Assembly (NCBI RefSeq): GCF_006345805.1
Contig: NC_043001.1
Coordinates: 110,298,001 to 110,362,000 of the forward strand
Source: Octopus sinensis
Lineage: Eukaryota
Direction: 5' to 3'
DNA: 64,000 nt
Made by a program: the position numbers and the translations under genes. The notes under the pieces were generated by a model, which saw only the letters and a list, made by a program, of their open reading frames with translations, did not search any database and was not told the origin of the DNA. Below are positions 24,021-39,281 of this stretch, piece after piece. The first letter of the stretch is position 1; the number at the start of each line of letters is the position of its first letter.

Positions 24021-24600
24021 GGCGGCGAGCTGGCAGAAACGTTAGCACGCCGGGCGAAATGCGTAGCCGTATTTCGTCTGTCGCTACGTTGTGAGTTCAA
24101 ATTCCGCCGAGGTCGACTTTGCCTTTCCTCCTTTCGGGGTCGATAAATTAAGTACCAGTTACGCACTGGGGTCGGTGTAATCGACTTAATACCTATGTCT
24201 GTCCTTGTTTGTCCCCTCTGTGTTTAGCCCCTTGTGGGTAATAAAGAAATAGGTATTTCGTCTGTTTTTATGTTCTGATTTCAAATTCCGCCGAGGTCGA
24301 TTTTTGCCTTTCATCCATTCGGGGTCGATAAATTAAGTACCAGTTACGCACTGGGGTCGATATAATCAACTTAATCCGTTTGTCTGTCCTTGTTTGTCCT
24401 TTCTGTGTTTAGCCCCTTGTGGGTAGTAAAGAAATAGGTATTTTGTCAGTCTTTATGTTCTGAGTTCAAATTCCGCTGAGGTCGACTTTGCCTTTTATCC
24501 TATCAGGGTCGATGAATTAAGTACCAGTTGCATACTGGGGTTGATCTAATCGACTGACTCCTACCCCAAAGATTTCGGGCCTTGTGCCTAGAGTAGAAAA
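24021..24600 (+). mobile_element. SINE family S1 trimer
   Basis: One head; bodies start at GTATTT at 24069, 24253 and 24438. The last body is more diverged and has the alternative tail. Confidence 0.9.
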
Positions 24601-25439
24601 GAATTGTTAGAGTGCCGGGAAAATATTTAGCGCATTTCTTCCGGTTCTCCTTTCTGAGTTCAAATGCTACAGGGGTCAACTTTGTCTTTCATCCTTTCGA
24701 GATCGCTAAAGTATGTATCACTGAAGCACAGGGGGTCGATGTAATCGACTTACTTCCACCCACGAAAATGCTGCCGTTGTGCGAAAATTTGAAACGAATA
24801 ACGAGTAAAGCTAATGAGAGACTACATACGAAGTGTATGGAAGCCTTGAATGATGAAAACGCTGTAATTGACGCTCATTAAATTCAGCACTGAAGCAAAA
24901 TTGTACAAATAGGAAAATTGATGATATCTGTGTCAGAAAGATAATATAGGTTGCATCCCACGCTTCGAGAAGTTCTTCCTGAATTCTGTCTGTATTTAGA
25001 TTAACTTATATTTATTTATTTTGTTTTTATATGAAATTCTTAAATTCATAAAATTTGTGATGTTTTACATATTTTCTTCATACATATGCTACAAGGGTTA
25101 CTTAAACAAATGTTTCATTCCAGATTTTCATTTTACAGATATATAAACATTCCAGCTAAATCATCATGCCAAGACCCGAATGTTTGGAAGCTAAACGCGA
25201 CCCATTTGTGGTAGATGTAACTGAAGAACAATTTTAGAGTGGGTTTAAATAAATATATTGTTTACATAGAGATTTAATTAGTTAATATGCACTACGATGA
25301 TTTCTCGTAAGAAAATATATGTATGGAAGTTAATAATTATTTATATTAATGTGCGTTTGTAAATCTCATGAATGCTAAAGTTCTGAAAGGGTGAACAATA
25401 ACATTATGAAAGGGCGAGCAGTGTTGTTGTAACACTGGT

Positions 25440-26090
25440 ATAGCTTGTTATAGAGACTCTAGGTTTGTTCCTTACGTGCCACAAATTCTTTCTTACTGTC
25501 AGCAAAACAGGACTGAAGATAAGTGAAGTCATTAACTTTCTTGAGTTATATGCCAAAGTTGAAGAAACATTGGGAAGTTGTTAACTGCCTCGTGGATAAT
25601 TATTTGTTGCAAAGATTTTCAACCGGGACCCATATGGCTCTTAGAGATCCACATAAGATTTTGCTGTTAAAATTTATCGACAATAAATTAGTTATACTTC
25701 TACAAAACGCTAAATATATTTTTTAATGTTTTGTACAATTCCTAATATTTAATTATGAAAATATAATAGGAATTTTTAATCATTGAATGACAGGATGCTT
25801 CCCCCGAGTAAAATAGGAATCAAAAGCTTCCATAGTTTTTTAAAAGATGGTTGTGAAACACTGATCTAGACAGTTGCTTGCCCTGGTAGAAATAGCAGCC
25901 AAACTGCATCAAATCACACCAGATACAGAAAGAGAATACGTAAATTTTACTCTGTAATCCTTGCATTGATAATCAGATTATCTGCTGCCGAAACATTCTT
26001 ATAATACAGGCAGCTGCCGCGCATCAAAGAGTTAATAGCAGTGAGATCAAGATCATCAGCATAGTTGAGGTCAGATAGTCACCGGCTTTG
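25440..26090 (-). mobile_element. old RTE/RTE-X-like LINE RT fragment
   Basis: LSDLNYADDL (YADD at 26052-26063), NLIINARITE, and downstream KVNDFTYLQSCFADSKKEFVARK. Confidence 0.65.
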
Positions 26091-26112
26091 TTGAAACTAT
26101 ATATATATATAT

Positions 26113-26304
26113 ATAGGGAGAGTTTACGAAAAAAACAAAAGACGAAGACAGGTGGTGTACAAAACAAACAGATGTATTGGTATAACGCTCAGGAATAGAA
26201 AAAGTCGTTTACGTTTCGAGCCTACGCTCTTCTACAGAAAGGTACACAGAAAAAACAAGGAGAGAAAAATATGTGTAGTGGCTAACGATCTATCATGGCG
26301 ACTG

Positions 26305-26305
<1 letters not shown>
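26113..26305 (-). mobile_element. PLE-like repeat family B embedded in (TA)n
   Basis: Hammerhead-like motif at 26207-26242. Confidence 0.55.
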
Positions 26306-26369
<64 letters not shown>

Positions 26370-26582
26370 TGTGTGTAAGTTTAATATTCGGAATAAAGTA
26401 TAGAGGCACATTTCCTGATTAGATATTGCAGTTGATAAATTCTATATGTGCTTAGTGGGGCCCTCAATATTTTAACGTACATTAATTTAGTTATGCTGTT
26501 CTGTGGGAATATAAAAGGACGATTTGGTCAATTGCATGTTAGCAAAACGTGTAGAGAAAATTGTTACAAGAACATGAACAAT

Positions 26583-26614
<32 letters not shown>

Positions 26615-26970
26615 TTATATGTGTGTATATATATATATATATATACATACATACATACATATATATAATACATACCTATATATTTTATATATAAAGTCTA
26701 GTACAAAAACGAAAAGGAAAAATACGCCGTTATCTCTTAAAAACAAATAATGCATGTCCATTTATGTAATTGCACTTAGATGCGTGACATACCGAGGGAT
26801 TTGAAAAAAAACCCCTCTTCAGTGCAATAATCACTCATATTCATAAATAAACAAATATAAAAATATTATTCACTTCCGGTCCTAAGCAATCAACCACTCA
26901 CAGACATGCAAGCACTGTGTCTCTCTAATGCACGAACACACATACATACATACATACATACATACATACA

Positions 26971-27006
<36 letters not shown>

Positions 27007-27246
27007 TATATTTACGTATACACATAGGCAAACGTCGACACAAACAGTTGAATGTATACGTACACGAAATTCATTATTGCAAAAGTATTAGCCTGAAATT
27101 AGTAGAACAAAAATTTCCTTTCGTGGATATTGTTTCACGAAACACAATTATGCTTTCAATATCTGTGTCTAACTTCTCCCTTCACCGTTTCTTTCTGTCT
27201 GTCTCTCGTTCTCTCTCTCTCTCTTCTCTCTCTGGAAATTAATATA

Positions 27247-27310
<64 letters not shown>

Positions 27311-27473
27311 CACATATACATATACATACATACACATATACATATACATGGATATATGCACACCAGCACCCACTTGTATATCCGTTAGTATGCGCGTGCA
27401 TTTGTAAGTGTGCGAGTATAGATACATGCATATATACATATATACAGAGATAGAGAGAGAGAGAAATAGATTC

Positions 27474-27524
<51 letters not shown>

Positions 27525-27561
27525 GTGGTAAGGCAATTCGTTGCTAAAAACCCTTTATTTG

Positions 27562-27630
<69 letters not shown>

Positions 27631-27637
27631 GATAGAT

Positions 27638-27673
<36 letters not shown>

Positions 27674-27926
27674 CAGATTGATAGAGGGACACACATATAA
27701 ACAGATACGTAGGTTTATCAATTGTAGATTCTGACATCTATACTCAATTAATAATGTATACATACACACACCTACATAATTATATATATACATACATTCG
27801 CATACAAATTGCGTATATTCCTATTTATGGACACACATTTGTATCTATCTATTTATCTATCTATCTACCTATCTATCTACTGTTCGTCCGTCAGCCCGTC
27901 CATCCGTCCGTTTGTCTGTCTTTCTG

Positions 27927-28047
<121 letters not shown>

Positions 28048-29264
28048 GTATTCAGTAATTAATTTCTGTTCATCTCATTAGCTGTGTTTCATTTTACATT
28101 TTTTATTCTATATGTTTACGAATATCACACATTTTTTTTCACGTTGAAGATTTCCTATATTGCGCACAAGTCTCTTGGAAAGGCAATTTAATCCAAGACA
28201 GCAGTAATGTGTTGAAAGCACAGCAGGAGATATGTCACTCATATAACTGCAAGACATCATTTGTTTAAGAAAGAAATGTCATACATTATGATTCTATTAA
28301 TTCTTCAAAGAATCTCCTGAGACTTTTGTGTTTAACGTAAAAAGAATGTTTCGTCTACGTCTATATTCACAAAAATGTTGCACGATAACTTTGTCAGCAA
28401 GAGTTCTTCAAAGCGGGGTGGAGAATATGTCAACGTCTTCGCTGATGAGCTGAGGGCTATGTCCAGTCAGTCACCAGCAACAAATGTAGATTTTTCTAAA
28501 CAACAAACTCCTCTATTTGTGTGATTTTTATATCAGTTTTTGTTCGGATTTCAAGCGTTAACACACACCACACACACTAACACACACATTAACACATACA
28601 CACACACACACACACACTAACACACACGCTAAAAACACGTACGCAGACATACGCATACACACACAGACACACAAATACTCTTATGCGTATGCATGTGGTT
28701 ATATATATATATATAAATACATATATACATGTGTGTGTATGGATGTATATATGCGAAGGTGTACATATCTATATATATATATATATATATATATTATATT
28801 ATATATATACATACATATGTATATATATGTATATACATATATATATATACACACATACATAAATATGTGTGTGCGCTCATGTTTATACATACATATATAT
28901 ATATATATATAGTGTAATAAATAAAATATATGCATACATACAAACATATATGTACGTACCGATATCTACATGTATATATACATGCTTATATAAATATATA
29001 TACGTACAGGACACCACAAAAAGACGTAAAACTCAACAGAAACGAAAACGGAAATGCCATTTTGTTACAACAGAAGGACAGAGACGTGGAACAGGACGAG
29101 AACGAAAACGGGAAAAACATTATTTACAACAGAAAAACGAGGTACAGGACAGGCTACACACGGAGAAATCCCCTTCATCAGCTGTCGTGTGTGTGTGTGT
29201 TTGTGTTTAGACATACACACTTATAGAACGTGGGTGAGCAAGAGAGACAGAGAGAGGGGGAGAA

Positions 29265-29296
<32 letters not shown>

Positions 29297-29569
29297 TGGA
29301 AGAATAATGTACTCTGTTAGGTGGTACGATTGTTAGACGAGTGATTTTTGGTCCTTCTTTCTCGAGCTCTGAATCTATTTCTCCCCTCGGTTAAACTTCC
29401 CTTTCCTCCTTTCGTTGGAAATAGATAACTGATAATATAATCGCTTGTTCTTTGACCTACCACCTACTCACTATTCACATATCTATAGAACAACATATCT
29501 AACGACTGTTCTTCTTACTTTGTATTTTGTCTCCTCTGAATTCAGCCCTGTGTGACCAATAAAGAAACA

Positions 29570-29650
<81 letters not shown>

Positions 29651-29651
29651 G

Positions 29652-29743
<92 letters not shown>

Positions 29744-29770
29744 CCTACCTACCTACCTATCTATCTATCT

Positions 29771-30594
29771 GGGGCCGACCTGCCCGAGATGCGGTCAGAG
29801 CGACGAAACCGTTCTGCACGCACTCGTTCAGTGTCCAACAATTTCCGACCTGTGGGCTTATGTCGAACAACTGCTGTCACGTGTGGGACGAGTCGGTTTA
29901 TCAGCTGAGTCTATCGTCAATATTGTCACGCCTCCTTCCTTCAAACGGGAAGGAAGAGCTATTTTCATCATCCTTGTGGCTATGGCGAAAGAATGTATCT
30001 GGTGGACGCGTCTGAAAGGATTGGAGACAAACACTTTCCTCTCTGGTCAATCTCTCATCAACTTCTTCAAGTACCACTTGAAAAGGAAAGTGAGAGTAGA
30101 GAGGCAAGTTTTGTCTAGCGAATGTTTTAAAAAAGATGGGTGAATGTAGCAAGAATGGCACGTATGAATGACGAAGCCACCTTGAGCATAGTCCTATGAA
30201 CCCAGAAATCGAAAACAGAGAGTTGCTTATTTGCAAAAAAAAAAAAAAAAAAGAAATATAAAATGTGACTTCATTGACCGAGGTTACCGTGGTCTTTTCC
30301 GCAGGCTTTTCTTTCCACGGGTAAACCTCACCTGTCCTCCCCTTTACACTTCATATTGACATTTCTGTGATAACGATCCCTATTGATCATTTTTTTTTCC
30401 TCTCCCCCCCCTTTTTTTTTTTTTTTTTTTTAACCCCCCTTATTTTTGTCCTCTTTCTCTCCTTTTACGATCCCTTTTGATCGAACCTCCCCCTTCCTTT
30501 TTTTTTTTTTTTTTTTTTTAATACCTTCAAAAGAAAAGCTCTACCTTGTAATTTGTTCTATCTGTGTGCAGCCCTGTGTGGCTAATAAAGAAAC
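29771..30594 (+). mobile_element. 5'-truncated L1/Tx1-clade LINE
   Basis: ORF2 C-terminus with CCHC knuckle [18 protein letters not shown]...AKECIWWTR...FFKYHLKRK, then 3' UTR and AATAAAGAAAC. (TATC)n lies on both sides. Confidence 0.9.
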
Positions 30595-30595
30595 A

Positions 30596-30696
<101 letters not shown>

Positions 30697-31136
30697 CGCT
30701 AGCAAGCTAGATAGATAGATAGCTAGGTAGCTAGCCATCTGACTATTTTTCTATCCATCACTCTCTATATTGGTCTATCTGTCTGTCTGTAACTCCTTTT
30801 CTATCTCTCTCTCTGTCTATCTGTCGTCTGTCTCTCTATTTATCTTCCTTTCTCTATCTATATACCAGTTTGTCTCTCTCTCTCTCTCTCTCTCGATCTA
30901 TCTAATTAATCTGTTAGTGTGTTTATCTGTCTTGTCTGTCTGTCAGTCAGTCTGTTAGATTTTTTTTTCCGCGGTGGATACACATTCAGGTTCTTTATTC
31001 GGAATTGAGTGAGTGAATAGAAACCTGTCACTTTAACCTGAGTAATCATGCTACCAAAACATCACCCTATGTATCATCGACAATTTACGACTACTAGTTT
31101 ATAAAATCTGTGAAGGTGTGTGAAGGTGTGTCGTGA

Positions 31137-31331
<195 letters not shown>

Positions 31332-31419
31332 TACCTCTTACCAAGTGCACATCACGAGAATGGCGACAAATACAGACGATTGGATGGATGGATCAAGAGA
31401 ACCTTCAGAAATAGAGAGA

Positions 31420-32100
<681 letters not shown>

Positions 32101-33279
32101 GTGTGCTTATACCTGTCTCCTCTCATAAGCTCGTCTTCGTAGCGTTCATAATAATTGTTCTATCGGCTTGGCTTAATAGCTCTCACCATTTGTTTTTACT
32201 GTTTTATTCTAACTGTCCTGTTCGTGTTACCACTTTCACCCTCCGCAAAAAATTCCAAATCTTATTTAATTTGCTTTGCGGGAAGGATTGTTTCCATCAA
32301 GTCGCGTATTGTCCTTGCCTTCGGTTCGCGGAGCAGATGAAATAGGGACAACTGATGTAGGCGAATATTCTTTATGTTGCATGTCTCGTTTCTCTGTTTG
32401 TTTTCTTTCGTTGTCCGAAGAAAAAGTTCGTTTTTATCTTTTTGTTTTTTTTGCTTTCTTTCTCATTGTTTTCAACGTTTTCTGATGTCCTGTACCCATA
32501 TATGCTTGTATATATACATATATAAGTAGGTATGTACATATATGTATGTATATATGCATATATTTGTATATTATTTATATTATTGTATACATATATATGG
32601 TGTGTGTTACTGAATATGTGTATGTATGAACGGATGCATGAATGCATCTATATATGTCTGTATGTCCTAGACACACATAAAGCATTATGAGACAAGAAGC
32701 GTAGCTTTCACTTTTGTTTTTTAGCCAGACGTCTGTACTTTTGAAAAATGTATGGCCAAATACTTTTAAACCATAATTAATCTTCCACTCTTATATTTTG
32801 CATAATATGATTGCCTCAAGGAAGTGCATTTATGTCTACTATCTTAATTACGTGCTGATATCTATAAAGTTAGAAATTCCAAAATAATTCCCATTTCGCC
32901 TCTAATTCTGAAATGCACAACTAAAAGATAAAATAATACAAAACAAATAAAATTCGATGAGGAAATCTGTAAATACTTAATTTAATAATTGCTTACATGG
33001 TTATGAACATTAATAATAATTGCAACAACGTATCTGAGGCGTATGTAACACATCTGTTGAAGACAAGTTGATAGCAAATAGAATGCTAGCAATATTGTCA
33101 GGAAGTAATGATGGATGAAAGAGTGAATGTCAGTTAAAACCCATAGATACGGTCAGCTTCATAGCTGTCGGTTTGAGTTAGAAACATACCAGCTTCGACT
33201 TGGTAAAATTATTCTTTCCATTCGTAGATTATAAAATAGATAGTTACAAGTGAGGTGAAATAAATTGGTTAAACCAGCA

Positions 33280-33700
33280 TCAGAGATGTTTTGCCACACG
33301 TAGAACCTGCAAACGTCCTCGGCATTTTTGCCATCTCTTCTAAATCCACTCCAATGCTGGAAACCCCTCCATATCGTCAACTGGTATCTCCAGGTCGCCC
33401 CTTAGCTTGTACGCTTCATCTAAGTGGGGCAGTGAGGACAGAGCTAGTCTTCGCCTGAGGAAGGTTTCCAGTTGCGGTATCTCATCAACTATATCCATCT
33501 TGAGTTAGTTTCAGGTGGCGTGCCTATTCCTTTGATGACTTCCTTCAGTTCTTTGGGTTACAGACCTGTCTTGTGCTGGAAATAGGGCACTGACCTAGAT
33601 GGAAAGTTGTAGCAGTCAACTTCAGTGGGGAATGAGGCCGCATGCCAGCCCTGGACAAGGTCGTCATTGATTAAATCCTGATATTTCAACTACATTACCT
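33280..33700 (-). mobile_element. possible decayed RTE-like LINE 3' fragment
   Basis: Broken frames give IPQLETFLRRR and GRP...DLEEMAKM. Confidence 0.3.
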
Positions 33701-34355
33701 AGTCCGCCCTCGTATGTCATTGTGAGTTAGACCACGGTGAACGTGTTTGTATTCCTGGAGAGCAGAACATATCTTGTCAGAGGGATATTAGCGTTATTTC
33801 CTCTGAGAAAATAAGTTTGCCACTCAGGTTGACATGTATCTCAACTAAACGCAAAGTAGAAAACGCAATGGTCTTGTATTAATTTTGTATCATACCAAAA
33901 CTAATGAACAACATAACAGTCCTGAGAGATGGTTATGATTTGAATAAAATATTAGTTATTGTAGAGCAAAACCCCCAAAAGTTAATACCCTGGGGTACAG
34001 AACATAAAAACAATCATTGCAGTTGGGTAATTCACAGGTCTGCTGTACAAGTACTGGAGCCACAATTACTAAACAAAACACACAGAAAGTTAAAAATCAA
34101 AAATATCATGTTTCTTTTGGTTTTTAGAACAAATATTTACATTCATATGGCTACCAAAAGGTTTGGCGTTGCTATCATTTCTTCATGCACAGAATCTTGT
34201 ATTTAGCTATTATTTCATTGATCCCGGACGAATAAAATGTACTGTAAAAGAATCATTCAACACACGTTACAATATAAAACATAAGGTTTACCCCGACGCA
34301 CTAGAATTTATCAAGACATGCATTTTTTTTTTCTGCGTTCATAATATTAAAAGTA

Positions 34356-34921
34356 TTGGGTTGTCCGGAAAGTTCGTGCCGATTTTTAAAGGAAAGAAAA
34401 AGGTCAATAAATACTTGCCATTACATTTTTAATCAACCAAATATGAACCATTTTGTTGCACAAGGCGTCTCCATATTTCCTTTAACTTGAAAATATCCTC
34501 TTCCCAGAATTGAGGTGCTTTCATGGCAAAGAATTCATCAAGGTATCTTTTTACGTCATCCAAGGAATTGGACTTTTCACCATTAAGACTATTTTGCAGA
34601 GACATGGATAAGGGGAAATCCGAAGGAGCAATATCTGGTGAATATGGAGGGTGGGGTAACACATCCCAGCCGAACTGCAGCAATTTTTGTCTGGTTTCCA
34701 AAGCATCAAGTGCCGAAAATGAACTTTCTTATCTTCCATTTTAAAGGGTTACAGAATTAACACAGGTTATAGGAACATACATTTTCTTCCACGAAAAAAT
34801 AGCTTAAACTATGCTTTAAATGGAGGTGTAGTCAAATCCTATTTTATGTACTCAACCATGTTCTAAAATAAGACGAAAGATAAGCTACTATAAATCGGCA
34901 TGAACTTTCCAGACAACCCAA
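34356..34921 (-). mobile_element. internally deleted mariner element (566 bp)
   Basis: ~30-bp TIRs TTGGGTTGTCCGGAAAGTTCGTGCCGATTT, TA TSD, N-terminus MEDKKVHFRHLMLW, and C-terminus GWDVLPHPPYSPDIAPSDF. Confidence 0.95.
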
Positions 34922-35459
34922 TAAAAAGATAAAGATAATTTTAACATTGGCATGATTAACTATAAAATTAATGTTAATTCATCGTCATTTAAAAGTGATG
35001 ATCACAGAAACATTCTTAAAGGATTAAAATATAATATCGGCACACACATTTGCAAACTTATTTTCATTGATAACACCATTGGCGATTAGACTGAAATGAA
35101 CATATAATAAAGCAACGATGTTGATAATAATGTAACTGTAAACACTGCATCAGTAATGATGTTAGGAGAGAAAACATTGAGAGAGTTGACACCGATATCT
35201 GTAACAGAAATGTTGACATTACCTTCTGCAATGGTGAAGTGTCACTAGCATCTGTAATTGTGATGCTGACATTAACATCTGTAAAAGAAACATTAACACT
35301 AAGAACTGTGACAGATATTTTGGTATTAACAACTGGAAGAGAAAAAAATGATACTAACGTTGTGATAGATAGATATATATTGTTATCGATATGCATAAAA
35401 GAAATATTGATCCTAATCACTGTGATATATACTGGTCGAGATTGATACTAGTGTATATT

Positions 35460-35890
35460 CTTTTCTACCCCAGACACAAGGCACGAAATTTTGGGGGACG
35501 GGGCCAGTCGATTAGATCGACCCCAGTACGCAACTGGTACTTATTTTATCGACCCCCCGAAAGGATGAAAGGCAAAGTCGACCTCGGCGGAATTTGAACT
35601 CAGAACGTAGCGGCAGACGAAATACCGCTTAGCATTTCGACCGGCGTGCTGACGCTTCTTATTTTATTCTATTATTTCTTTACTGCCCACAAGGGGCTAC
35701 ACACAGAGGGGACAAACAAGGACAAAGGGATTAAGTCGATTATATCGACTCCAGTCCGTAACTGGTACTTAATTTATCGACCCCGAAAGGATGAAAGGCA
35801 AAGTCGACCTCGGAGGAGTTTGAACTCAGAACGTAAAAACAGACGAAATACCGATAAGCATTTCCCTCGCTTCTGCCAGTTCGCCGCCTT
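35460..35890 (-). mobile_element. two S1 SINE units
   Basis: Reverse S1 matches. Confidence 0.85.
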
Positions 35891-36404
35891 CGTTGAGAGA
35901 TAGATATTATCGCTATTAACGTCTGTGAAAGAAACTTTGATATTAAGTAGAGTCACAGATGTTTTGATACAACGTATGTAAAATAAGCTTTGTTACTAGT
36001 GTCGGAATGGATATTTGGATACTAATATCTTTGAAAGAAGATTCGCTACTCGAATTGTGACAAATAGTTTCATAATAATAACTGTTAGAGAAAACATTAA
36101 TATAAACATAATGAAATATATTGAAACTATTATCTGTTATTGAAGGATTGCTCCTAAGCAAGGTGACGGATATTTCTTTTACTGACATCTGAAGAAAAAG
36201 AAGTACCGACTGTAATATTATGACATATTTTGATATTAACACTCGTAAGGAAAACTTTAATACAAGCATTGTGAAAGAGCTATTGATATTAATATCCGTT
36301 AAAAAGATATGGATATTAAGCGTTGTGATATATGCGGGAAAAAAACGGACAGACTGACAGACAGACAAGACACACAAACACACTAACAAATTAATTAGAT
36401 AAAC

Positions 36405-36452
<48 letters not shown>

Positions 36453-37279
36453 TGAGACAGAGAGAGAGAAACTGGTAAATAGATAGAGAAAGGAAGATAG
36501 ATAGAGAGACAGACGACAGATAGACAGACAGAGAGAGGTAGAAAAGGAGTTACAGACAGACAGATAGACAAAATGTGCAAAGGAAATAATATTGGTTGTA
36601 AGAACTGAAAACTACAAAATCATCAAAAAAATGCATTGAGACATTTGTTCAGAAGTTTTGCGTTCGAAATCAAATCCAACTGCAATAAACGTTGTCTTAT
36701 GTCTTTCTGGTGTCGAAAGAAGAAAATTTTATTCTACATTGCATTTGTTAGAAATTTGGGAACATACAATGTTGTATTTATTTTGTTACTTTACGACTTT
36801 AGCATCCAAGTTGGAGCAGTGAACAGGCCAGCGTCTTGGTGATATGATGGCCATTTGTAAAAATTAACCAAAAGTAATGGATAGGAAAGTTCTCCCTTAT
36901 GAAAAGTCAATATCAAGGGCTGTGTTCCTATTAAGGAAGAGACCAAATAGATGATAGCGTAGGACGGAAAGAAAAAGAAAGCGAACACTAAGAACGTTGA
37001 ATATTTATTGACATTAACATCTGTAAAAGAAACATCGACACTTAAAGCTGTGTCAGATATTTTCATGCTCACATCTGTAAAACGTAAGTGAAAACATAGA
37101 GGAAACATCTATAACTACACAAAATATTTGGAATAATTATTGTGGTAAACATCTTGTTTCAAAAAAAAAAAAATTAGTACAGTCTTGCTTTAAAGAAGAA
37201 AATGAAATATAACAACTCAATAGGATCTGGATTTCAAAAGTAGGCAAAATATCAGAAGCCATTTCCTTGTCGTTGAGTT

Positions 37280-37507
37280 CTAGATTAGGTCTACGAACTA
37301 GATTAGGTCTAAGATTTAGTATAACCTAGATTAGGTCTGAGACTTAGTATGAACTAGATTAGGTCTAATTCTTAGCATAAACTAGATTAGGTCTAAGTCT
37401 TAGTATAAACTAGATTAGGTCTGAGACTTAGTATGAACTAGATTAGGTCTAAGTCTTAGTATAAACTAGATTAGGTCTAAGTCTTAGGTCTGAGACTTAG
37501 TATGAAC
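37280..37507. repeat. 28-bp minisatellite, about 8 units
   Basis: CTAGATTAGGTCT starts at 37280, 37298, 37326, 37354, 37382, 37410, 37438 and 37466. Confidence 0.95.
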
Positions 37508-38134
37508 ACTATAACAAAGCTGGACTTTATTTCTGACAGATTTATCCAGGATCACATTGCTTAACGATATACATATTTTCCTTTCTTGGAAGAGCAGATT
37601 TTTCATGCTATTCATACCACTGCTTCACTAAAACATACGCTTATATATTTTACTTGTTTCAGTTATTATATTGCTGCCATGCTGGAGCACAGCCTTAAAG
37701 TATTTTTGTTGAACGAATCGTTACAAAAACTAATTTATTTGTAAGACATGTGCATATTCTGTCTATCAACTATGCGGAACCACTAATTTCAGGGGACTTA
37801 ATCACACCGACGCGGGTTCTGAAGCGGCATTATTGGCTAATTCATGACATAAGGGAAATAATATGTAATATGGATCATTTCTTGTATAAGCAAAAAACCT
37901 GACATTTTCGGGGATGGAGTTAGTCGATTATAATGAACCCAGAACTCGATACTTATTTTATCGAACGCAAACGGACGAGAGGAATAGTCGACCACGGCTA
38001 AATTTGAACACTGGATTTAAAAACAAAGGAAATACAGCTAACCATTTTGTCCAGTGTATTAACGAACCTGCCGGCTTGCCATCTTAATAGTTTGAATATA
38101 ATGATATATATTTATTGATACACGAATATATTTT

Positions 38135-38310
38135 TCTACTCTAGGCACAAGACCCGACATTTTTGGAAGGGGGGCCAATCGATTAGATCAGCCCCAGTAC
38201 GCAACTGGTACCTAATTTATCTACTCCGAGGGGAAGGAAGGCAAAGTCGACCTCGGCGGAATTTGAACTCAGAATGTTTCGCCCGGCGTGCTGAAGATTC
38301 TGCTAACTCG
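38135..38310 (-). mobile_element. S1 SINE
   Basis: Reverse S1 match with a small internal deletion. Confidence 0.8.
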
Positions 38311-38381
38311 CCAACATATAGGTACAGGAAAATAACTGTACAATAAGCACGCACTTAAATGCATAGATGTGCGTATGTATG

Positions 38382-38456
<75 letters not shown>

Positions 38457-39008
38457 ATGGTTGTATGTGGTTTATATAGGTCCATCACATGCGTATGCAT
38501 GTGTCAATGGAGTGATCATGTGTGTTTACACGTTTCGTTCAATGAAAGATACAGAAAGGAAATAAATATATTTAGGCCTGATATTAATGTGTGTGCATTC
38601 ATATATTTTACCATATGAGTTTTACACTTCCTAACGAAACTTTATACTTCCAAGTAACACCTGCCGTGGTTTCAACTTCAAAATATAACGTATACGTGCG
38701 ACTATGAATACATATTCGCACAAACACATGCATACACGCGCACTCACGTGCACACACACACACGCACTCACGTGCACACACACACACGCACACATCTACA
38801 AATACTTATTCAGAATCACTTACACATACATACCTACATACATGCACACTTTCACGCGTACACACATACATACATACGCACATACAAGCATACGTTCATA
38901 CATACATATGTTCAAGCATACAAACATATAATGTGTGTGTATATATATATACATATATATATATACATACATATATATACATATATACATATATATATAC
39001 ATATATAC

Positions 39009-39055
<47 letters not shown>

Positions 39056-39189
39056 TACATATATATACATATATACATACATTTATATATATGCATATAT
39101 ATGTATATATGTGTGTATGTACATATAAATATATATATATATACATACATATATGTGTGTGTACATATATATATGCATATATACATACA

Positions 39190-39281
<92 letters not shown>

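Noticed and set aside
28440-28495. CTGATGA followed by a GCTG/CAGC stem
   Set aside because: No GAAA follows the stem and there is no stem I, so it is not a hammerhead.
29150-29190. Minus-strand GACAG-CTGATGA-AGGGG (similar word at positions 1-20)
   Set aside because: It is followed by a hairpin but no GAAA in the required place; the copy at the window start is cut by the edge.
37280-37507. CRISPR-like constant repeat plus variable spacer
   Set aside because: The spacers are only 15 nt and are variants of one another; the context is eukaryotic with no cas genes. It is a minisatellite.
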